Of a stretch of 64,000 nucleotides of DNA, positions 39,371-48,886 are shown piece after piece. The stretch comes from an uncultured delta proteobacterium (GTDB taxonomy: Bacteria; Myxococcota_A; UBA9160; UBA4427). Position numbers and translations under genes: made by a program. The DNA is taken from assembly GCA_963822965.1 (NCBI GenBank), contig CAWGJT010000010.1:626420-690419 (forward strand), in the 5' to 3' direction. How positions within the stretch are numbered: the first letter of the stretch is position 1; every line of letters begins with the position of its first letter. A model generated the notes under the pieces. That model was not told where the DNA came from. It did no database searches and saw only the letters and a program-made list of their open reading frames with translations.

Positions 39371-42300
39371 GCGGGTTCCGCTTCGCCGACCCCCAGCTCG
39401 CCCACGCGCTGTGGGCCGTGCTGGCCTTCGTGGCGCTGCTCTACTGGCTCGACCTTCGCGGCGGCACGGCGCTCGACGGACTGGTGGGTCCCGCGCTGCA
39501 GGCCCGTCTCGTGCGTCGCCCGGGGGCCTGGCGGCGCCGGCTGCGGATCGCCCTGCTGGGCCTGGCTGCTACCTGCGCGGTGCTCGCGCTCATGCGCCCG
39601 CAGTGGGGCATGCGCGTGGTGCCGGCGTCCCGGGCCGGCGCGCAGATCATGGTGGCCCTGGACGTGTCGCGCTCGATGCTCGCCGAGGACGTCGCCCCCA
39701 ACCGGCTGGAGCGCGCGAAGGCCGAGATCGTCGACCTGCTCTCGTACCTGGACGGCGACCAGGTGGGCCTGATCGCGTTCGCGGGCCGCGCCAGCGTGCT
39801 CTCACCGCTCACGCCGGACTTCGGCTTCCTGCGGCTGGTGCTCGAGGGCACCGGCCCCGGAAGCGTGACGCGGGGCGGCACGAAGCTGGCGGAGCCGATC
39901 CGCAAGGCCGTGGCGGGCTTCGGTCCCGCGGAGGGCGCGTCCCGGGCGATCCTGCTCATCACCGACGGCGAGGACCACGACTCCTTCGCCCTCGACGCGG
40001 CCCGCGAGGCGGCGGCGGCCGGGGTCAAGATCATCGCCATCGGCTTCGGGGACGAGAACGGCAGCGAGATCCGCATCACCGACCCGCGCACGGGCGCCCG
40101 CACGCTCCTGCGCGACGCCGCGGGGCAGCCCGTGCGGACCCGACTCGACGGCGACCTGCTGCGGGAGCTGGCGCTCGCGACCGACGGCGCCTACGTGCCG
40201 GCGGGCACCGGCGTGCTGGACCTCGAGTCCATCTACGAGCAGCACATCGCGAGGCTGACGCGCGGCGAGCTCGATGGAACCCGCACCGTCCGCGACGAGG
40301 GCTACCCGTGGTTCGTGCTCCTCGCGCTGGTCTTCCTGGTGTCGAGCGCCGTGGTCTCGGCGGGGCGCCTGCGCGGGGTGGCAGCAGCCGCCATGCTGGT
40401 GGCGCTGGTGGCACCCGTTCGCCCGGCAGTCGCCCAGGCGCCCGCTGGCCAGGCGCCCCCTCTCCAGGCGCCCCCGCCCCAGGCGCCGGCCGCGGCGGCC
40501 GACGAGGACACGGCGGCCGACGCCACCGCACCGGAGCCGACCGCTCCCGAGCGCGCCCCCGACCCGCGCCAGGTGTACAACGACGCCGTCGAGGCGATCT
40601 CCCGCAACGCCTGGGACGACGCGGAGCGGCTGCTCGGCCGCGCGCGCCGGGACGCGGGTGCCGACGACGAGCTGCGCTTCGACGCCTCCTACAACCTCGG
40701 CTGGGTGAGCGTGCAGCAGGCGGGCCGGGTGCAGGGCGAGTCGCCGAAGCAGGCGCTCGATCTCCTGTACCGGGGCGCCGACTGGTTCCGCGAGGCCGTG
40801 CGCCTGCGGCCCGACGAAGACGTGGCGCGACACAACCTGGAGGTCACCCTGCAGCGCGCGCTCGTGCTGGCGGACGAGCTGGCGCGCAACGCCGAGGGCG
40901 GGGTCGAGGGCGCCCTGGCCGAGCTGGCGCAGCGCCAGCGGAACGTGGTGGCGGGCGTGGCCGGCCTGATCGAATCCGCCAGCCAGGATCCCGCCGACGC
41001 GACGGCGGCCGGCGAGGCACTGCGCGGCGCCTTCCGGGCCCAGGCCACGGCCCAGCGGACGGTGCTGTCGGACGCCGACCAGCTGGCCTCGCGCGTGGGC
41101 GACGAGCGTGACGGCATCCAGGCGCGGCCCGAGGCGGAGCGCACGCCCGAGGACGCCATGCGCGCGGCGCAGCTCTCCAACGTGTTGGACTATCTCCACC
41201 AGGCCCGGGAGCGCATGGGGCAGGCCCGCAGCCAGCTCCGACAGCGCCAGGCCGGCCGAGCGTATCGACGGACCTCCGCGGCGCTCACCCTGCTGAAGCG
41301 GGCCGGCGACCAGCTGCGAGATCCCGTGGCGGTCCTCGACCTGCTGCTGGCGGACGCCGGTGAGGCGGCCCGCGGCACCGCGCTGGTGAGCCTGTCGCAG
41401 AAGCAGGTGCCCGGGCTGGCGGACACGCTGCCCCCGGTGCCGCCGTGGCTCACCGTCGAGGGTCTCGCCGACGACCAGACCGCCCTCGCCGAGCGGACCG
41501 ACGAGCTGCATGCCCGTTTCGCCGCGGGCCTCGAGCACGCCGCCACGGCGGATCTCGCGTCGATCCCGCCCGAGCAGGCCGAGATGCTCGCGGCGGTGCG
41601 CGAAGCCGAGCCGATGGTGGGGCAGGCGGCGGAGGCCGCCCGGAAGGCGGCCGCCAGCCTGGAGGCGGCCGCCCTGGACGACGTTCCGGAGAGCCAGCGG
41701 CACTTCCTGGAGGCGCTGGCCGGCGCGCGCGAGCGCTTTCTCGACGTGCGTGGTCTCATCGAGGCGCTGTACCAGGACGAGAAGCAGATCGCAGAGGTGG
41801 TGCGGGCCGAAGGTCCGGAGGCCGAGGCTCGCCGGGAGGAGTTCGTGCCGGCCCTGCGCACCGCCCAGACGCGCAACCTCGAGCGCGCGACGCGCCTCCA
41901 GGCCAAGCTCGCGGATCGACAGTCGAGCCTCGAGGCCGCGGCCAACGCGGCACCGGACGCGGGCGCGGACCCGAAGGCCCCGCCGCCCGACCCGGAGCGC
42001 CTGGAGCAGGATCGCAAGCACCTCGAGCTGGCGAGCCAGGTGCTGACCCTCGCCACCGGCGCGATGGACGGCGTGCACAAGGGGCTGGGGGATGCCGCGC
42101 AGCCGGGCGCGGAGCAACCGCAGATCGACTGGGACTGGGTCCGCAGCGACGCCGCCACGGCGGTGGACCACATCGAGACCCTGCGCCGCCTGTTCTTCTC
42201 CATCAGCGAGCACCTGCGCGACGTGGCGGTGCGGCAGCTCGACCTGGCCGACCGCACCCAGGACGCCCTGGCACGGGCGGCGGCACCGGATGTGGACGCG

Positions 42301-42861
42301 ACCGCCGAGGCCGCGCCCTTCGTCGACGTCGAGAAGGGGCTCGCCGATCAGACCCTGGTGATCGCCAACGCCCTGGAGGAGCAGTCGAATGACGCGGGCG
42401 GCGCCGCGGCCCAGGACCCCAAGGCCGAGGAGGCCGGCGAACGCCTGCGCAAGGCCGCCGAGCACGTGCTGCTCGCGCAGGGCCAGATGGAGGGCGCGAC
42501 CGGCTCGCTCGGCGCCCCGGCCGACCTGCCGGCGGCCCGCAAGGCCCAGGACGGGGCGATCGACGAGCTGAAGCAGGCCCTGGCGATCCTGGAGCCACCC
42601 AAGCCCGACGAGCAGCAGGGCGATTCGCAGAAGCAGCAGCAGAAGCAGCAACAGGCCCAGCAGCCCTCCCAGGACCAGCAGCAGCAGGGCGCGAAGGGCC
42701 AGGCCGGCCAGCAGGCCGGCCAGGAAGACCAGCAGAAGCAGGACATGCAGGGGATCGATCCCGGGCAGCTGCTGCAGGAGGTGCGCGATCGCGAGGCCCA
42801 GCGGCGTCGCGAACGCTCGAACCGCCAGCAGGGCTACGAGACCGTGGAGAAGGACTGGTGA
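39367..42861 (+). CDS. BatB-type vWA membrane protein fused in frame to a BatC-like TPR region and a long helical, Gln-rich C-terminus (1164 aa)
   Basis: GTG 39367 inside the 1500-aa ORF 38359..42861. MIDAS DVSRSM, then ITDGEDHD, then TM helix YPWFVLLALVFLVSSAVV. A signal-peptide-like AAAAMLVALVAPVRPAVAQA follows, then TPR-like repeats, about 570 aa of helical sequence and a Q-rich tail. Confidence 0.85.
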   Translation: MSGFRFADPQLAHALWAVLAFVALLYWLDLRGGTALDGLVGPALQARLVRRPGAWRRRLRIALLGLAATCAVLALMRPQWGMRVVPASRAGAQIMVALDVSRSMLAEDVAPNRLERAKAEIVDLLSYLDGDQVGLIAFAGRASVLSPLTPDFGFLRLVLEGTGPGSVTRGGTKLAEPIRKAVAGFGPAEGASRAILLITDGEDHDSFALDAAREAAAAGVKIIAIGFGDENGSEIRITDPRTGARTLLRDAAGQPVRTRLDGDLLRELALATDGAYVPAGTGVLDLESIYEQHIARLTRGELDGTRTVRDEGYPWFVLLALVFLVSSAVVSAGRLRGVAAAAMLVALVAPVRPAVAQAPAGQAPPLQAPPPQAPAAAADEDTAADATAPEPTAPERAPDPRQVYNDAVEAISRNAWDDAERLLGRARRDAGADDELRFDASYNLGWVSVQQAGRVQGESPKQALDLLYRGADWFREAVRLRPDEDVARHNLEVTLQRALVLADELARNAEGGVEGALAELAQRQRNVVAGVAGLIESASQDPADATAAGEALRGAFRAQATAQRTVLSDADQLASRVGDERDGIQARPEAERTPEDAMRAAQLSNVLDYLHQARERMGQARSQLRQRQAGRAYRRTSAALTLLKRAGDQLRDPVAVLDLLLADAGEAARGTALVSLSQKQVPGLADTLPPVPPWLTVEGLADDQTALAERTDELHARFAAGLEHAATADLASIPPEQAEMLAAVREAEPMVGQAAEAARKAAASLEAAALDDVPESQRHFLEALAGARERFLDVRGLIEALYQDEKQIAEVVRAEGPEAEARREEFVPALRTAQTRNLERATRLQAKLADRQSSLEAAANAAPDAGADPKAPPPDPERLEQDRKHLELASQVLTLATGAMDGVHKGLGDAAQPGAEQPQIDWDWVRSDAATAVDHIETLRRLFFSISEHLRDVAVRQLDLADRTQDALARAAAPDVDATAEAAPFVDVEKGLADQTLVIANALEEQSNDAGGAAAQDPKAEEAGERLRKAAEHVLLAQGQMEGATGSLGAPADLPAARKAQDGAIDELKQALAILEPPKPDEQQGDSQKQQQKQQQAQQPSQDQQQQGAKGQAGQQAGQEDQQKQDMQGIDPGQLLQEVRDREAQRRRERSNRQQGYETVEKDW
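42610..42750 (+). repeat. CAG/CAA-rich low-complexity coding tract (poly-Gln-rich)
   Basis: Encodes EQQGDSQKQQQKQQQAQQPSQDQQQQGAKGQAGQQAGQEDQQKQDMQ near the C-terminus of the BatB/C fusion. Confidence 0.8.
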
Positions 42862-44699
42862 TCGGCCTGGGTCGCCGGCTCGCCGCCACCGCGGTCGCCC
42901 TGCTCCTCGCCGCAGCGCTGGCGCCCCGCGCCTTGGCCCAGGCCGCGCAGGTGGCGACGGAGCCGGGACCGCACTACGTGGGCGAGCCCGTGTCCATCCG
43001 GATCACCGCCGTGGGCTTCGACGAGGATCCGCCGCCCGTCGCCGAGGCGCCGACGCCGGCCGAGGGACAGCTCGAGCTCGTCGGCGTGAGCCCCAGCGTG
43101 AGCCAATCGATCACCATCGTGAACGGGCGCATGTCGCGCACCCGCGAGGTGACGCACGTCTTCCAGTTCCGCTTCGTGGGCGATCGGCCGGGGACGGTTC
43201 GGCTGGGACCCTTCAAGGTCTCCCAGGGCAGCCGGGAAGCGACCGTCCCGATGGTCAACATCCCGCTGCAGGACGTGCCTTCGAACGACGACGTGGCCGT
43301 CGACCTTCGCATCGGGAAGGGCGCAGGGGACGCGCTCTTCGTGGGGGAACGCGTCCCCGTGACCGTCTCGTTCTCCCTGGAGAAGTCGCTGCAGCAGAAC
43401 GTCCTCGAGTACACCCTGCGGGTTCCCTTCTTCGACGACCAGCAGAGCTTCCGCTTCCTCGACGACGGACACCCGGAAGGCGACACCAACGTCGTGCTCG
43501 AGACCGCCCAGGGCCGGCTCGAGCTGCGCGGGCAATCGCACGAGCACGTGGAGAAGGGCAAGCACTTCACGACGGTCTCCGTCACCCGCACGCTCGTTCC
43601 ATTGCTTCCGGGTCGCCATCGCGTGCCGCCGGTGTCGTTCAACGTCGAGGAGGGCACCCGCTTCCGGCGCGACTTCTTCGGTGGGCGTCGCGCCACCCAG
43701 GTGCGGCGCTGGCGGGCCGAGACGCCGGCGCGCGAGGTGGAGGTGGCGTCGGTACCCGGGCAGCAGAAGCCGGCGAGCTTCGGCGGCGCGATCGGGCGGG
43801 GCTTCACCCTGGACGTCTCGGCGGATCGCACGGTGCTGCAGGTGGGTGACCCGATCACCCTCACCCTCGAGGTGCGGGGCGACGGTCTCGAGACCGCCTC
43901 GCTGCCGCCGCTCGACGCGGACGGCCTGCTGCCCGCCGACGGCTTCCGCGTGCCCGCCGGTCCGTATGCCGGCGAGATCGTCGGCGACGCCAAGCGCTTC
44001 ACGGTGCAGGTGCGGGTGCTCGACGAGGGGGTCTCGGCGATCCCCGGACTCGCGTACTCGTGGTTCGACCCGGACACGCGGCAGTACGAGACGACCCGCT
44101 CCCGGCCGATCGCCCTGTCGGTGCGGCCCGCCGAGGTGATCGGCGCCGGGGACGTCGAGGTGGCCCGGAGCGAGACGCCGGCCGCGCCGGTACCGGACGA
44201 GTCGTCGCCTGCGGGCGCGGGCGCCGAGTCGGCGCGCGCCCGGGGCTTTGCGCTCACCGGCGCCGATCTGGCGGTCGAGCCCGATCCCGTCCGGGTGCTG
44301 GGAGGCGGGGGTGCGTGGGGCGGGGCGTGGCTGCCGCCTGCGCTCTACGCCGGCTCGCTGGTCCTGGTGGCACTCGCCGTCTTCGACCGTCGGCGGCGCG
44401 ACGTCGATCCCGAGGTGGCGCGCCGGGGCCGGGTGATCGCCGAGGCGCGCGCGCGATTGCGCGAGGCCCGGGGGCGCCCGCCGGCCGAAGCCGTGGCCGA
44501 GGCGGCCCACGCCCTCCGGAGCCTGCTGCGGGAGGCGCCCGGCTCCTCGGACGCGGCGCTGGATGCCCTCGTCGGCGAGTGTGACGCGCGCAGCTACGCG
44601 CCGCCGGGCCGCGAGCAGGCCCTGCCGCCGGACCTCTTCGAGCGTTGCGACGCCCAGGCGGAACGCCTCGCCCGGGCGATCGCGGAGCGGAGACGATGA
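42858..44699 (+). CDS. batD: BatD-type (oxygen-tolerance family) membrane protein
   Basis: GTG 42858 overlaps the previous stop. Signal peptide, then repeated Ig-like segments (VGEPVSIRITA.., VGDPITLTLEV..). Late TM helix LPPALYAGSLVLVALAVF plus a cytoplasmic tail. Confidence 0.8.
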   Translation: MIGLGRRLAATAVALLLAAALAPRALAQAAQVATEPGPHYVGEPVSIRITAVGFDEDPPPVAEAPTPAEGQLELVGVSPSVSQSITIVNGRMSRTREVTHVFQFRFVGDRPGTVRLGPFKVSQGSREATVPMVNIPLQDVPSNDDVAVDLRIGKGAGDALFVGERVPVTVSFSLEKSLQQNVLEYTLRVPFFDDQQSFRFLDDGHPEGDTNVVLETAQGRLELRGQSHEHVEKGKHFTTVSVTRTLVPLLPGRHRVPPVSFNVEEGTRFRRDFFGGRRATQVRRWRAETPAREVEVASVPGQQKPASFGGAIGRGFTLDVSADRTVLQVGDPITLTLEVRGDGLETASLPPLDADGLLPADGFRVPAGPYAGEIVGDAKRFTVQVRVLDEGVSAIPGLAYSWFDPDTRQYETTRSRPIALSVRPAEVIGAGDVEVARSETPAAPVPDESSPAGAGAESARARGFALTGADLAVEPDPVRVLGGGGAWGGAWLPPALYAGSLVLVALAVFDRRRRDVDPEVARRGRVIAEARARLREARGRPPAEAVAEAAHALRSLLREAPGSSDAALDALVGECDARSYAPPGREQALPPDLFERCDAQAERLARAIAERRR

Positions 44700-45538
44700 G
44701 TGGGCTGGCGTGCACCGGGCGGCGCCCGGCCGTGGCCGCGGGCTGGGTGGCGTCGCTGGTCCTCGCGATCTTCGCCGCGCCGGGCGTTCGCGCGCAGCAG
44801 CGTTCGCTCGAGGAGACCCTCGGCGATGCGGTCCAGAGCTACACCCAGGGGCTGAACAGCGAGGCCCGCGACGCGCGCCTGGCGGAGTTCCGACGGGCCC
44901 AGCGACTGTTCGCGAATCTGGAGTCCCGGGGCGTCGCCACCGCGGACCTGTATACGAACCTCGGCAATGCGGCCCTGCAGGCGGAGGATCTGGGCGCGGC
45001 GGTGCTCGCCTACCGTCGAGCGCTGCAGCTCGACGCGGACCACCCGCGCGCCGTGCAGAACCTCGAGCACGCGCGCTCGCTGCTGCCGGCCTGGGTGCCG
45101 CGGCCCGCCCCGTCGGGCGTGCTGGACAGCCTGTTCTTCTGGCACCGCACGGTGCCCCAGCCGTTGCGGGAGCTGTTGGCTGCGCTCTGCTTCGCGCTGG
45201 CGGCGCTGCTCGTGGCCGCGTCGATCCGGCTGCGGCAGACAGCCCTGCGCAACGCGGCCGTGCTGCCGGGCCTCGCGTGGCTGGCCATCGCCGGGTCGGT
45301 GCTGCTGGATCCCGCGAGCGGTGACCGCGCTGCGGCCGTGGTCACGGCTTCCGAGACCGTGGCCCGCGCCGCGGACTCGGGGCTCGCACCCAGCGCGTTT
45401 CCGCAGCCGCTTCCGGGAGGCGTGGAGCTGCGCATCCTCGAGGCGCGATCGCCCTGGCTGCGCGTGCGGCTGGCCAACGGCCGTGACGCCTGGGTCAACG
45501 AGTCGAGCGTGACCCGGGTGGCGGAAGATGCGGGCTGA
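44696..45538 (+). CDS. BatE-like protein (TPR, TM helices, C-terminal SH3b-like domain)
   Basis: ATG 44696 overlaps the previous stop (ATGA). TPR-like LYTNLGNAALQAEDLGAAVLAYRRALQLDADH. C-terminal GVELRILEARSPWLRVRLANGRDAWVNESSV. Confidence 0.7.
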   Translation: MSGLACTGRRPAVAAGWVASLVLAIFAAPGVRAQQRSLEETLGDAVQSYTQGLNSEARDARLAEFRRAQRLFANLESRGVATADLYTNLGNAALQAEDLGAAVLAYRRALQLDADHPRAVQNLEHARSLLPAWVPRPAPSGVLDSLFFWHRTVPQPLRELLAALCFALAALLVAASIRLRQTALRNAAVLPGLAWLAIAGSVLLDPASGDRAAAVVTASETVARAADSGLAPSAFPQPLPGGVELRILEARSPWLRVRLANGRDAWVNESSVTRVAEDAG

Positions 45539-45620
45539 AGTCGGGCGGCCGATCGACCGATTCGAGACGGGCAGGACCGTCGTGCGGCTCCTCGCGCGCC
45601 GCAGCCCCCGGAGATCCTCC

Positions 45621-46322
45621 ATGAGGCGCGCATTGCTGCGGGTCGTCGCTCTCGCCGGGGTCCTTCTTGCGGCGGGGTCGGCGACCGCGCAGACGCTCGC
45701 CGCTCAGGTGCTGCGCGAATCCGACGCCAACGGCGACGGCAAGCTGCAACGCAGCGAGGCGCCCATCGAGCTGCTGCCGCACTTTGCGGACATGGATCAG
45801 GACCACGACGGGGCGATCGACTCCTACGAGGCCTGGAACTTCGATACTCGTGCCCACGCCGCGGGCAACCGTCCGGCGCCGGCGGAGCCGGCGAAGGAGC
45901 CGACGCCGACACCGGTGGCAACCGCCGAACCGCCCCCCCAGACCCTGGTCGAGCTGCTGGCGCGCGCCGATCGGAACGGCGACCACCGGCTCTCGCCGGA
46001 CGAGGTTCCGGCGGCGCTGCGCGATCGGCTGCTGGATCTCGATCCGAACGGGGACGGAGCCATCGACGAGGACGAAGCCCGCGTGCTCGATGCGCGGCGA
46101 AGTCGCAGCGCAGGAGAGGCGGCCCCACGACAGCGCTCCCTCGTGCGCACGGTGCACCTGATGGACACCGACGGTGACGGGCGGCTCCAGAAGCGCGAGG
46201 CGCCCCTGCGCCTGCAGCCGGTGTTCGAGCGCATCGACGTCAACGCGGACGGCGCCATCGACGTCGAAGAGGCCGCGCGCTTCGATGCGTCGGTCGCGTC
46301 CGATCCGTCGCCGCGCCGCTGA
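45621..46322 (+). CDS. Secreted protein with six EF-hand Ca-binding loops
   Basis: ATG 45621 inside ORF 45528..46322. Signal peptide VVALAGVLLAAGSATAQ. Loops DANGDGKLQRSE, DQDHDGAIDSYE, DRNGDHRLSPDE, DPNGDGAIDEDE, DTDGDGRLQKRE, DVNADGAIDVEE. Confidence 0.85.
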   Translation: MRRALLRVVALAGVLLAAGSATAQTLAAQVLRESDANGDGKLQRSEAPIELLPHFADMDQDHDGAIDSYEAWNFDTRAHAAGNRPAPAEPAKEPTPTPVATAEPPPQTLVELLARADRNGDHRLSPDEVPAALRDRLLDLDPNGDGAIDEDEARVLDARRSRSAGEAAPRQRSLVRTVHLMDTDGDGRLQKREAPLRLQPVFERIDVNADGAIDVEEAARFDASVASDPSPRR

Positions 46323-46331
46323 GCCGCAGGA

Positions 46332-47477
46332 TCAGCGACGAAAGGGCCAGACGAGCTGGGCGAGATAGCGCTCGGGAACCGGGTCGCCCGCGATCCCGTA
46401 GCGGGCCGGCCAGCGGTCCGGCACGAAGGCGGTTCCGAACGCGCGGTCGATCAGCGGCACGTGGACCGCGAAGTTGCGGTCGATCGCCTCGGGCTCGGCG
46501 CTGTGGTGCCAGTGGTGGAATTCGGGCATCACGACGATCCAGCGCAGCCAACGCGCGCGGAAGCGCACGTTCGCGTGGATCCAGACCGCCTGGAACGACA
46601 CGAAGACCAGGTAGGCGGTGAGGGGGCCGTTGCCGATCCCGAGCACGAAGAGCGGCAGGAAGCTCACGGCCCGGGTCACCACGATGTCCACCCCGTGCAG
46701 CCGCGAGCCCGCCAGCCAGTCCATCTGCCGCGACGAGTGGTGGACGGCGTGGAATCGCCAGAGCCAGGGCACCGCGTGCATGGTGCGGTGTGCGGCGTAC
46801 TGGAAGAGGTCCGCGCACACCAGGGCAAGCCCGAACTGCACCGCGAAGGGCAGGGTGGCGACCTCGGCGTGCAGCCCGGGCGAGACCAGCCGCCCCAGCA
46901 GGATTCGTGCGGGTGCCATGGAGAGCAGGACGGTCACCTGCACCAGCAGGTGGCTGACGAAGAAGTGCGCGAGGTCGGTGCGCCAGCCCCGGCGGAAGAC
47001 GTACTGCTGGCGGTGCAGGGCGAAGAAGCGTTCGAGAGGAAGGAAGACGAGGGCGAGCACCAGCAGGTCGAGCACGAACCAGTCGACGCCCACGTAGCGG
47101 CCGGAGCGGACCGATTCGGGGGTCTCCACCCAGGCGCCGCCCAGGGCGATGGCGAGCGCGGCGAGGGCGATGCCCGAGAAGGCCAGCCGCCGCCGCCCGC
47201 CCAGCGCGAAGCAGAGGGCGCCGAAGACCAGGGCCAGCCCGTTCGCGGAGAAGAGCACGATGCGGACCAGCGGGATCGGCAGCACCGCGCGCAGGTCGGG
47301 GGTCGTGAGCAGCTCGGGCCGCCGGAAGCAGAGCACCGCCAGAAGGCAGCCCGCCCCCAGGGCCACGGAGAGGACTCCGCTGATCCGGCCGTCGCCGAAG
47401 CGAAACTCGGGACGCTCCTCGGCCTCCTGCGGCGGCAGGGGCGCGACGAGCGGTGCGTCGGTCGGGATCCCGGTCAC
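46332..47477 (-). CDS. Fatty-acid hydroxylase / sterol-desaturase-family membrane protein with extra N-terminal TM helices
   Basis: ORF 46332..47477 with a GTG start (position uncertain). His boxes HRTMH, HAVHH, HHWHH. Confidence 0.85.
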   Translation of the reverse strand: MTGIPTDAPLVAPLPPQEAEERPEFRFGDGRISGVLSVALGAGCLLAVLCFRRPELLTTPDLRAVLPIPLVRIVLFSANGLALVFGALCFALGGRRRLAFSGIALAALAIALGGAWVETPESVRSGRYVGVDWFVLDLLVLALVFLPLERFFALHRQQYVFRRGWRTDLAHFFVSHLLVQVTVLLSMAPARILLGRLVSPGLHAEVATLPFAVQFGLALVCADLFQYAAHRTMHAVPWLWRFHAVHHSSRQMDWLAGSRLHGVDIVVTRAVSFLPLFVLGIGNGPLTAYLVFVSFQAVWIHANVRFRARWLRWIVVMPEFHHWHHSAEPEAIDRNFAVHVPLIDRAFGTAFVPDRWPARYGIAGDPVPERYLAQLVWPFRR

Positions 47478-47510
47478 CTCCCCCGGATCGGCCGATCGGC
47501 TCCCGCGACT

Positions 47511-48716
47511 TCAGTCCTCGCGCGCGGGGCGGTCCCCGCCCAGGGCCAGGCTGGCCGCTCGGCTCGAGATGCCGACGCCCCGGCGGGCCTGCCGGATGGT
47601 GTCGCGATCGTGGCCGTCCGTGCAGTAACCGATGGAGATGCCGCTCTCGGGGTCGGCCCAGGCGATCTGGCCGCCGGCACCACCGTGTCCGAAGGACTGC
47701 GCGGAGTTGGTGTGCCCGAAGCCCCGGTAGTTGCGCTCGGCGTCGCCCGCGATCATGAGCCCGAGGGCGCGGTTGGCGCGCTTGCCGAAGAGCGGGTCCG
47801 TGAGCTCACCGGAACGGACTTCCCGGGCCATGGCGACGGTCTCGGGCTTCCAGATCGTCTCGCGCCCGTGGCCGAGGAGCGCCTGGTAGAACAGCGCGAG
47901 GTCGCCCGCCGTCATGGTGCCGCCGCCGCCGGGGATGCCGGCCCGGCGGACGTCGGCCTCGTTGAAGCGCTGCAGGTTGTCCTCGGTCACCTCGGTGACC
48001 GGCGGGACGGGAAACCCCATGCGGCGGTAGTCGTCCTCGGTGAGCGCCCGGCCCACGTGCTGGATGTCGGCCAGACGGCCGTGCAGGGCGTCGGGCAGCC
48101 CGCACCAGAGGTCGTCGAGTCCCAGGGGCAGCGAGATGCGGTGGCGAACGAAGTCGCCGTAGGTCTCGCCGCTCCGCCGCTCGATGATCTCGGCGACGAC
48201 GTACATGCTGGAGGACGGGTGGTAGACGAAGCGGGAGCCGGGCTCGAAGGTGAGCTTCCAGCGGGCGAAGTGCGACAGCCGCCGCTCGCGATCCAGGAAG
48301 TCGGCCGGCGGGAAGGGCGCCGTGGGGAAGCCGGCGGTGTGGGTGAGGAGGTGCTCCACCCGGACCGCGTCCTTTCCGTGGGTGCCGAACTCGGGGACGA
48401 TGTCGGCCACGCGCTCGTCCGGGTCGAGCCTTCCCTCCTGGATGAGGATCCAGGCGGCCGCCGAGGTGATCGCCTTGGTGCTCGAGAAGACGCAGTAGAG
48501 GGTCTCGTTGGTGGCGCGCGCCTCCCGCCCCTGGTGGGTCACGCGGCCGACCGTGCGCATGCCCGCGATGCGGCCGTTGCGGGCGATCGCGATCTGCGCC
48601 GACGGCAGCAGGCCCTCGGCGACCTCCTTCTCGGCGCGGGTGAACAGGGCTTCGAGCTTCTCGGAATCGATCCCGACGCTCTCGGGGGTTTCGGCGAAGA
48701 AGGACGCGTGCGGCAT
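47511..48716 (-). CDS. Serine hydrolase (beta-lactamase / esterase class C family)
   Basis: ATG 48716 inside ORF 47511..48812. SxxK motif FSSTK, HLLTHTAG, and a late HGGAGG. Confidence 0.85.
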   Translation of the reverse strand: MPHASFFAETPESVGIDSEKLEALFTRAEKEVAEGLLPSAQIAIARNGRIAGMRTVGRVTHQGREARATNETLYCVFSSTKAITSAAAWILIQEGRLDPDERVADIVPEFGTHGKDAVRVEHLLTHTAGFPTAPFPPADFLDRERRLSHFARWKLTFEPGSRFVYHPSSSMYVVAEIIERRSGETYGDFVRHRISLPLGLDDLWCGLPDALHGRLADIQHVGRALTEDDYRRMGFPVPPVTEVTEDNLQRFNEADVRRAGIPGGGGTMTAGDLALFYQALLGHGRETIWKPETVAMAREVRSGELTDPLFGKRANRALGLMIAGDAERNYRGFGHTNSAQSFGHGGAGGQIAWADPESGISIGYCTDGHDRDTIRQARRGVGISSRAASLALGGDRPARED

Positions 48717-48886
48717 GGAATCGGAATCTCCCGGCTGGGGTTCTCGTGACCGAAGAGGGTCTCGGGGACGTCCCTCTCGGTGGCGAGCGGTCCGTCCCAG
48801 GCGACCCATCATAGGCCAGGGCGCAGCGGCCGGGCCCGCCGCGCGCAGCGGTGGTAGACTCGCGCCTCCATCTTCGAGGTCACTTC

